A stretch of DNA of 64,000 nt from a virus, in the IMG/VR virus record IMGVR_UViG_3300045988_095776, positions 1 through 64,000 of that record. One strand, written 5' to 3'. The notes under the pieces are model-generated. The model searched no databases. It saw only the letters and a program-made list of their open reading frames with translations, and was not told the origin of the DNA. Numbering within the stretch: position 1 is the stretch's first letter; the number at the start of each line of letters is the position of its first letter. Made by a program: the position numbers and the translations under genes. Below, one piece after another: positions 16,769 through 25,900 of the stretch.

Positions 16769-18325
16769 ATGGCCGATAATACCATAGATACCCTCAATAT
16801 ACAAATAGGCAGTAGCACAACTCAGGCGGTACGGTCTATTAATAACCTTGTGAAAAAATTAGATACATTAAACACTGCCCTTGGAAATCTTGACATAAGT
16901 CGGTTAAATAATTTTTCCAATTCTTTAAAAAGTTTAGGTAGCGTGAATTTTAAAGCAAATGGATTGAATGCGGCTATAAACGCCATCAATCGTCTTGGTA
17001 AATCTGATTTTAGCCAGTTTGATACAGGAAAATTAGGTGAAATTCTTACTGAGATGCAGAAACTTGATTCTATTCCAGATGTTTCTCCGAGCGTTAGCCG
17101 GTTCACGACCGCTATAGCTAAACTTGCCGGTACAGGACAGTATATCGGCAATGTATCAAAGGAACTTCCGAATCTTGCGACAGGTTTAAATAATGCGTCT
17201 ACTAAATTAGGCTCTATGAGCGAAGTATCAGCATCCACCAATGCTTTTATTACTTCTCTTGGAAAATTAGCTAGTGCAGGAGATAAAACTGGAAAGACTG
17301 CAAATCAATTATCAACTCTCGCGCAAGAGGTTTTGAAGTTTTTTGACGTAATGAAAAGCGCACCAGATATCAGTTCGAGCACAATAAGAATGACAGAGGC
17401 ATTGGCTGTACTTGCTTCGTCTGGAAGTAAAGTCGGAAGAGCTACAAGCAGTGTTTCAAGCTCACTCAATAATTTGTCGTCTGTTGGCTCTAAAGTCAGT
17501 TCCGTAATGCATGGTGTTGCTAATGCGTTCCAGGCTTTTGCTTCAAAAACAATATCTCTTGGGGCAAAAGTAGTATCAGCCATAGCCGGAATAGGCAATG
17601 CTTCGTCCGAAACAGGTGAAAAAATAAGAAAACTGTCAAATCCGTTAAGCTCATTGACAAATAAGTTGAGTGCTTTATATGCAAAAGGATTTTTAGTAAA
17701 ACGGGCCCTTGAAGTTTTATCATCGCCTGTAGAATCTGCGATGAATTACGTAGAGACTTTGAATTATTTCAACTCTGCATTTAATCAAGTTGCAGAAGGA
17801 ATCGACACAGACGAATGGAAGAAGAGCGGTATTAAATCCGCAGAAGCATATGCCAATTCATTTCAAGAGAGAGCAAAACAACTTTCTCAGAAATTGACAG
17901 GATTTGAAATTTCCGATACTGGGGAACTTACTAGAACAAATACTGCAAGCCTTGGACTTGACCCTGAAAAGGCCATGCAGTATCAGGCAACATTCGCACA
18001 GATGTCATCATCTATGGGCGATACCTCCGAGACTGCATTGAAGTTGTCAAATGCTTTGACAATGATTGGTTCTGACCTTGCATCTGTAAGGAACATGGAT
18101 TTTGAAGATGTATGGGAAGACATGGCATCCGGATTGACTGGCATGAGCCGTACAATGGACAAGTATGGCATCAATATCCGTAATGCCAATATGCAACAGG
18201 AATTATACAATCTGGGAATCAACACCAGCATATCAAATTTATCTCAGGCAGATAAAACGATCTTACGTACAATTATTTTGCTGAATAATTCTAAATATGC
18301 ATGGGGTGATTTGGCTAATACGATT
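16769..18325 (+). CDS. tape measure protein, exon 1 (519 codons)
   Basis: RBS AAAGGAGG; S/A/L-rich helical repeats; standard-code ORF runs into the insert and stops at 18341. Confidence 0.7.
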
Positions 18326-18654
18326 AACCAGTCAGCGGCGTGATAAATGCATAGCTGTTGATTTAGTCGCCTATATCGAAACCGACAAGTAGGATATGGG
18401 TTATAAGTGATGAAATAAGCTGGAAAGCCGTTTGCAACGGTAATCAGAGAGTGAAGGCTATGGGCAAAAACATAGTCAACCGCAACGCGTAGGAAGTGAA
18501 CCTGTCGCTGAGATGCTACAGAATATAATCTTCCCAAGAGGCATCACTATCGGTCGGTACGGGTGCAGAACCCGTGGTAAAAAGGTACGCTGGACTGCAT
18601 TATAATGATGCAGAAGTAAGGATAAAAAGCCTTACGATAACAATTCGAAATCAG
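18326..18654 (+). ncRNA. candidate self-splicing group I intron interrupting the tape-measure gene (boundaries approximate)
   Basis: exon 1 ends in U 18325, insert ends in G 18654; removal joins ...DLANTI to PANQIRMLQSNF in frame; P1-like pairing 18322-18328/18357-18363 with a U-G wobble; several hairpins. Confidence 0.5.
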
Positions 18655-21600
18655 CCAGCAAACCAGATTCGTATGCTGCAATCCAATTTTGCATCTCTTG
18701 GTAGAACAATAGGCTCCTTGTTCATTCCTATACTGCGAACAGTTCTTCCGTATATCAATGCAATAGTCATTGCACTTCAAAGAATGTTTGCTTATATTGC
18801 AAAATTGCTTGGAATCAAACTGTCAAACTTTGTATCATCTACTGGCGGTATTTCTGTAGATACAAGTAACATTGCGGATGATATGGATAATGCCAGTGAT
18901 TCTATTGATACTGCAAATAAGAATGCAAAAAAACTCGAAAAAACATTGTCAGTTCTTTCATTTGATGAACTGAATCAGCTTAATGACAATTCTGATTCTG
19001 GTAGTACAAGTAATCCTTCTTCCGGTTCTGGAAATGGTGGATTAGGACATATAGGAGCGCTTGATGCTGCATTAGATGATGCTTTGTCTGCATATCAAAA
19101 AGCATGGGATGAAGCTTTTAAAAAGATGTCCAACAGGGCAAATAAAATGGCAGATGCCATTGTAAATGCCTTTAAGAGAAAAGACTGGAAAGGTCTTGGA
19201 AAAATCATGGCTGATGGCATCAACTGGGGTATGCAAAAACTCTATGATGCTATTAACTGGAACAAAGTAGGCCCTTACATCACTAAATTCACCAGTGCAT
19301 TCACCCAGACTTTCAACAGCCTTGTTGATAATATCAACTGGAATTTGATGGGACGCACTGTTGGCGCTGGATTAAATACTATTGTCAATATGGCAAATCA
19401 GCTTCTGGAAGGAACAGACTTCAAAAACCTTGGAAAGAAATTTGCTGAAGGCGTCACAGGATTTATTCGCGAAGTTGAATGGACTAATTTTGGCAACATG
19501 CTTGGAAACAATTTCATGAAAGCATGGGATGTGTTTACAGGATTTGTAGAAAATCTTCCGTATAACGAAATCGGTCAGGCCGTTGCGAATGGTTTAAATG
19601 GTATTTTTGAAAAAGTAGATTTTGGTGAAATCGCACATGCGCTTGCAACCGGTTTGAATGGTGCATTTGATTCACTAGCGGCATTTACCAGTAACTTCAA
19701 TTGGAATGATTTTGTTGATAACATCACAAGTGGCATCGTGACATTTATGCAGGAATTTGACTGGAAAGAAAACGGGCAGAAACTTGAAAACTTTATCAAT
19801 CATCTCTTGACGTCATTGATTGACATTGCAAAAGGCGTCGATTGGGAATCATTCGGACATAATGTAGGGGTTTTTCTGAGCCAGATAGAATGGGGCAAAC
19901 ATCTTTCTCGGCTTTTGACGGTTGTTGGTGATGTGCTTGGTGGAATTTGGGAAGGGCTTGGAACAACATCTGCCGGCACGTTTGTACAGGCAATGGCTGT
20001 TTTTGCTATTGGTGATAAATTAATGCCACTTGTGGATACTATCACCAAATTCTTTACAGGCGATACAGTTTTTGGAAATCTTTCTACAGCTGTGCAAAGT
20101 ATGCTGAATCCCGCAATCACTGAGGCGGTAAAGACAACTATTCCAGCACTTGGAACTTCTTTAGGAAGCCTTGTTGCAACAGGCGGTGGAATTGCTCTTG
20201 CTGTAGGCGGAGCAGTATTACTTACCAAGAAATTAGCAGGACTTTTTGAGACCATGCAAGGCGGCAATGGAATGACTACGCAATATGGCGGCTATCTGCA
20301 TGATTACGCAACACAGTTGACTGATGTGGCAAATCTTACAAACGATCAATCAGAAGCATTATGGCAGTTGATTGAAAAGGACGAAGAGCTTGGAAAGACC
20401 CACGATGAAATGTATTCTGATATGGTTGAAAAGCTAAAAGAATATGGTGTTTCAGCAGATCAGGCAAAAACAGCTCTTGAAAATTATGGTGCTCAGGCGG
20501 GTGTTTCGGCAGATTTTGTTGAGGGTATGACTAATAAAATATCGGCACTTGGAGACGGCATGTCAGAAGCAGCATCCAAATTCGACACTTCGAAAATCAG
20601 CATTTCTGATTTGAAAGATGAGTTGTATATGCTGAGCTTGAAATCTGATGAATTTGGCGGTTCGTATAAAACTGCTATGGACGAACTTGACAATGCTAAC
20701 AATGGTGGAGCAATAACCAATACTAAAGATGCTCTGGATAAAGTTTACACATCACTCAAAAATGCAGGTGTTCCACTTGATGAACTTGATAAGAAATTAC
20801 GAGAAGATTTTCCAAATGCAACTGTTGTAACCAAAACGGCTGTTGAGCAGAATATAGTCGGGGCTCAGGAAACTATTTCGTCATCCGTTGCAAAAGCATC
20901 AAAAGATACCAAAACAGCTACAAGCGAAATGACAAAAAATGCAACTGACGACTTTGCAGAAATTCAAAAGCAAGCTGATACTTATATGGGAAATGTCGCT
21001 ACCACAACGTCTATGAATTGGGGAAATTCTTCACGAGAAGCAACCATAAAGGCCAGAGAGATGAAAGTAGCGGTCAGCACAGAACTTGGTAATATGGACA
21101 AATCTGTCAGAAGCCATTTCGAAAGCCAATATAACATCGCTTATGTGAAATGGGAAAATATTGGAAGAGACATATCCAATTATATTTCCGGTACGATGAA
21201 TAGTGATATAGGCAGTGCACTGGATAGCTTTGTTGATACAATCCGAAATTCTTTCAGTAATATGTATGATATTGGATACAATGCAGCACAAAGTCTTTAT
21301 AGCGGCATGAAAAATGTTTCTATGCCAACATTATCATATCGTATATCAGAATGGAAAACACATAATCTTGGAAACGGTAAAACCAGTCAAACTCCTGTTT
21401 ACAGTCCTAATTGGTACGCAACAGGTGGAGTATTTACAAAGGCGTCTGTAATCGGCGTTGGCGAAGCAGGACAGGAAGCTGTTCTCCCACTGACAAACCG
21501 TAAGGTAATGAAAAGTATTGCTGATAATATCATGTCTAGCTATGACGGTAGTGCAGGTCTTTCAAAGGAAGAACTTGCAGCAGCTGTTGAACGCGGCGTG

Positions 21601-21753
21601 GTTACTGCGATGATGAACAACGGTGGATTTGGTGGATCTTCGCCAGAGTACATCATGAACAGCATCAAGGTCAACGAACGTGAGCTGGCACGAATTGTCA
21701 CAAAAGCACAAAGCAATACAGAATATCGTATGAATCCATCACCGGCATATTGA
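18655..21753 (+). CDS. tape measure protein, exon 2 (1032 aa)
   Basis: continues the TMP-type sequence; the track ORF 18574 start is a GTG inside the insert with no RBS. Confidence 0.7.
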   Translation, partial: PANQIRMLQSNFASLGRTIGSLFIPILRTVLPYINAIVIALQRMFAYIAKLLGIKLSNFVSSTGGISVDTSNIADDMDNASDSIDTANKNAKKLEKTLSVLSFDELNQLNDNSDSGSTSNPSSGSGNGGLGHIGALDAALDDALSAYQKAWDEAFKKMSNRANKMADAIVNAFKRKDWKGLGKIMADGINWGMQKLYDAINWNKVGPYITKFTSAFTQTFNSLVDNINWNLMGRTVGAGLNTIVNMANQLLEGTDFKNLGKKFAEGVTGFIREVEWTNFGNMLGNNFMKAWDVFTGFVENLPYNEIGQAVANGLNGIFEKVDFGEIAHALATGLNGAFDSLAAFTSNFNWNDFVDNITSGIVTFMQEFDWKENGQKLENFINHLLTSLIDIAKGVDWESFGHNVGVFLSQIEWGKHLSRLLTVVGDVLGGIWEGLGTTSAGTFVQAMAVFAIGDKLMPLVDTITKFFTGDTVFGNLSTAVQSMLNPAITEAVKTTIPALGTSLGSLVATGGGIALAVGGAVLLTKKLAGLFETMQGGNGMTTQYGGYLHDYATQLTDVANLTNDQSEALWQLIEKDEELGKTHDEMYSDMVEKLKEYGVSADQAKTALENYGAQAGVSADFVEGMTNKISALGDGMSEAASKFDTSKISISDLKDELYMLSLKSDEFGGSYKTAMDELDNANNGGAITNTKDALDKVYTSLKNAGVPLDELDKKLREDFPNATVVTKTAVEQNIVGAQETISSSVAKASKDTKTATSEMTKNATDDFAEIQKQADTYMGNVATTTSMNWGNSSREATIKAREMKVAVSTELGNMDKSVRSHFESQYNIAYVKWENIGRDISNYISGTMNSDIGSALDSFVDTIRNSFSNMYDIGYNAAQSLYSGMKNVSMPTLSYRISEWKTHNLGNGKTSQTPVYSPNWYATGGVFTKASVIGVGEAGQEAVLPLTNRKVMKSIADNIMSSYDGSAGLSKEELAAAVERGVVTAMMNNGGFGGSSPEYIMNSIKVNERELARIVTKAQSNTEYRMNPSPAY

Positions 21754-22139
21754 TATAACAATTGTTGTAAATGATATAATGGCGCCCCAAAAAAGTATCG
21801 GATTGAATGAATTTCGGCACTGATCGGGGCACACTTTTTTATGATTAAAGTTTAAAAAAAGCAGTACAATTTGTACTATTTTATTCTTATTTAAAACAAA
21901 AAACAGAAAATAAGAGTATGATTTTTCAAAAAAATGGAATAAGCCCTTATTTGGCAAAATAACGCTAAAAATCCAGAACGAGCAGTGCTAAAATGTAAAT
22001 ACACCGAAACTAATTTATGAATAATTTGTAAACTGTAATTTTCATTGATTTCGAAATAATTAGTTTATTTTGAAAAATAAAATTTTTTAGAAGCAAATAT
22101 TCTGTCAACAATGCATTTTTGTTTACATAATATCTCAAT

Positions 22140-22263
22140 GTAACGTTACAATAACGTTACGTGTAACGCGCTGTAACGCAATAGAATAAGAATAAGAGTA
22201 AGAATAAGAATATTAATTAATATATATGAGATATATATTAATCGTCGAATAAGAGCTTATTCG
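22140..22263. repeat. repeat cluster: five GTAACG/CGTTAC hexamers, four GAATAA units, 11-bp and 8-bp perfect inverted repeats
   Basis: gtaacgttac 22140-22149; IR ttaatatatat/atatatattaa 22217-22241; IR cgaataag/cttattcg 22246-22263. Confidence 0.8.
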
Positions 22264-22583
22264 CCCCTGCTAAATCACTTGATCTCGTATTTGACTTTTA
22301 AAACGATTTTAAGTTTGATTCGATAAAATCCTTGATAAAAGGATAAAAATTGATTTTAGGCATAAATTTCGAACGCACAAGGGCATTATAGAACATAAAA
22401 CATGTTGCCGAATTAATTTTCCGTAGTCTTTCAAATTGCTTTACTATTCATACTGAAACATACTTCATGTATGTGATAAAATGAAAAATCATAAAGCGTC
22501 TATCAGAGTAAGAACAATAGGCGCTATTTTTATGCATGTAACGTCCTTTATAGGGCGTTTTTTATTTTTATGAGGTATTTAGC

Positions 22584-22946
22584 ATGGCAGAGATATTTTT
22601 AAAAGTGGACAATGTTTCAATGCCCTGTCCATCTGCTTATACATGGGGGTTAAATGATATATCAGCGTCAAAATCAGGCAGGTCTGACGATTCGATTATG
22701 CATAAAAACAGGGTGGCTCAAAAAAGAAAATTATCTTTACGGTGGAACGGCAAGGACTGGGCGACTACTGCGAAAATATTACAAGCATTTAATCCCGAAT
22801 ACATACAGATAACATACCCGGACATGATGTCAGGAACATATGAAACAAGAACGTTTTACGTTGGCGATAGAAGTGCACCAGTCAAATGGTGGTGGGCTGG
22901 AAATCAGAGGACGGAATCTATCAGTTTTGATGTGATCGAGAGGTAA
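22584..22946 (+). CDS. distal tail protein-like
   Basis: 120 aa, first gene after tape measure, tightly followed by the large tail protein. Confidence 0.45.
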   Translation: MAEIFLKVDNVSMPCPSAYTWGLNDISASKSGRSDDSIMHKNRVAQKRKLSLRWNGKDWATTAKILQAFNPEYIQITYPDMMSGTYETRTFYVGDRSAPVKWWWAGNQRTESISFDVIER

Positions 22947-22949
22947 GGC

Positions 22950-25900
22950 ATGAGAAATTTATCATCTAGGTGGAAAGAAAAAGTTAAAAATGGAATGGAT
23001 GTGCATTATCTCAAGTATGCCGATATCACTCTTACTGATGGGACTGTATTAAACTTGACGAATGCCGACTTGTGGCAAAATGGAATGACGTTTGAGGATT
23101 CTGTATCCGGAGATAGCAGTTTTGATATTGGATCTGCGATTATTAATGTTTTAACGCTGAGTATTAATAACTTTGAAGGTCAGTATTTCGATTACGATTT
23201 TGAGGGAGCAGAAGTCATATGTTACGTTGGATTACAGATCGAAGATGAGGACACAAGTGAACTGTTAGATTCAGCCGGAGAACAAATACTGGATTCAACT
23301 GGCGATACAATCATAGTTCATAAAAATACGGTTATTGAAAAAACACGTATTTGTACAGCAACAGTAGTTGAACAGCCGGAAGACGAAACGGTGACCATAG
23401 ACCTTACGTGCGAAGATAATATGCGGAAGTTTGACCGCAATTATTCCGACAGCAAATTGAAGTATCCGGCGACCAGAGGGCAGATCATTCGTGATGCGTG
23501 CGAAGTATGTGGCGTTGCATTACAAACGTATCATTTTGATCACGATGATTATATCGTACAGACCAGACCATCAGATGATGCACTGACGTTCCGACAAGTA
23601 TTACAGTGGGTTGCTCAAATTGGCTGTCAGTGGTTACGATGTGATGAATATGGCAGACTTTGCGTAAAGTGGTACGATACAGAAAAAGCAGATGCGCAGG
23701 AAATTGATACGACTTATAGTTTTACGCCACAACACACAGATGTTGTAATTACAGGTATTCAAGTAACTGAATATAGCGATTCTTCCGATGAAGAACCAGA
23801 AAGTTATATGGCCGGTACACAGGGATATGTACTGGCCATTTCTGACAATAAATTGATTCGTAAAGGTGACGGACAAACAGTTGCTTCAATGATCGCCGAA
23901 AAATGTGTCGGGATGTCATTTCGACCATTTGAATCGGAATGTCCAACAGATGTTGCATTGGAAGCCGGTGATGCAATTACGATTGAAGATCGTAATGGAT
24001 ATTTGTACAGTACTTACCTTACGACTACAACCTTGCAGCCGGGAGCTGGACAGAATATTGCTTGCAATGCTAAAAGTACTGCTAAAAATAGCAGCACTCG
24101 TTACAGTCAAATCACGCAGGTATATGTGACTGCCCGAAAAATGGTAAAAGTTGAAAAGACAGCCAGAGAAAAAGCTCTTGAAGAATTTGGAAAAAGAATT
24201 GATTCAGCCACAGGAGTTTATACCACAGTCCAGAAACAGGCAGATGGTAGCGACATTTTCTATTTGCACGACAAACCAACTCTGGCAGAATCCAAAGCTA
24301 TCTGGAAAATGACTTCTGAGGCATGGGGAGTTTCTACAGATGGTGGACAGACATGGAATGGTGGTATGACTGTTGACGGCGATACTATTGTAAGAATCTT
24401 GAATGCGGTCGGAGTGAATGCTGATTGGATTAATGCCGGAGCGATTACAGTAAAAGATGCCAATGGAAATATTCTTTTCCAAGTAGATATGGATACCAAA
24501 AAAGTTATCATCAGCGGAGATTCCGTAGTTATTGGAGGAAAAACAGCAAGTAAGGCACTGTCCGATAATTTGCAGGAAAGCAAAGATTATTCTGACGGTA
24601 AATTAGCTGATTACGCAAACACAATAGCAGAGTCGCTGTCTGGTTTACAATCCCAAATAGACGGACAAATAGAATCGTTTTTCTATGATTATGAGCCGTC
24701 TTTACAGAATATACCGGCATCTCAATGGACTACAACAGAAGAACGAAAAAAACATGAGGGTGATTTATTCTACTGGAAAACGACAGGGTATGCGTATCGC
24801 TTTATGCAAGACGGTGCTACGTGGAAGTGGCAGTTAATCCAAGACAATGATATTTCTAAGGCACTTGCAACAGCAGAAAAAGCAAAGGATACAGCGGATG
24901 GAAAACGAAGAACATTTGTGGTTCAACCATCTCCTCCATACGACATTGGCGATTTATGGTCACAAGAAGGTGGAGATATTCTGACTTGTGTGGTTTCGAG
25001 ATCACAGGGCAGTGTATATGTATCATCAGACTGGCGGAAATTAAATAAATACACTGATGATACTACTGCAAATAAAGCCCTTGAAGCAGCATCATTAGCC
25101 AAAAACATGACCTTACAGCTTTCCAACGACATGCAGACAATCGCATCCGATGCAGATGGCAACATTACGACATTTCCTACAGTCGCAACAGCGGCAACCG
25201 TCATGTATGGAACACAGGACATCACGGATGATTGTAGTTTTACAATTACAAAATCTGCAAGCGTAACTGGCTCTTGGAATGATGCGACACATGTTTACAA
25301 TGTTACAGGACTGACTTCCGATAATGGCTGGGTAGACATCAAGGCAACGTACCTGGTCAATCTGGCAATAACAAAAAGATTCACAATTTCTAAACAGAAA
25401 CAAGGTAAGCAAGGCATACAAGGCGTTGGAAAAGACGGAAAAACTACTTACCTGCATATCAGATATGCGCCAGTACAGAATCCTACTGCTAGTCAGATGA
25501 CTACTGTGCCAGACAATAATACAGTATATATCGGCACATACAGTGATTTTAACGGAGTTCCTAGCACCAATCCATCTGCTTATACATGGGCGAAATTCAA
25601 GGGCGACCAGGGCGTTCAAGGCCCGCAGGGCGAGCAAGGCGAAAGAGGAATTCAAGGTCTGCAAGGAGAAAAAGGAGATCCTGGCGAGCGTGGCCTGCAA
25701 GGAATACAGGGCGAAAAGGGTGAACAGGGTGTACCGGGTGTAGGAATTGATGGAAAGACAAGTTACCTGCATATTGCTTACGCTAATTCCGCTGATGGTA
25801 AAACGGACTTTTCAATTTCGGACGCGTCAGGCAAAACATACATCGGTCAATACACGGACTTTGAAGTGAATGACAGCACTGACCCAACGAAATACACATG

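Noticed and set aside
18326-18654. Group II intron, intein or translational bypass as explanation for the split tape-measure gene
   Set aside because: The insert is too short and lacks the GUGYG start and an RT ORF needed for a group II intron. It contains stops in frame, so it is not an intein. At 329 nt it is far longer than known bypass gaps.
21739-21957. 72-aa minus-strand ORF in the spacer after the tape-measure gene
   Set aside because: It is an AT-rich Phe/Asn/Lys/Ile-rich translation with no RBS, and it overlaps the end of the tape-measure gene.
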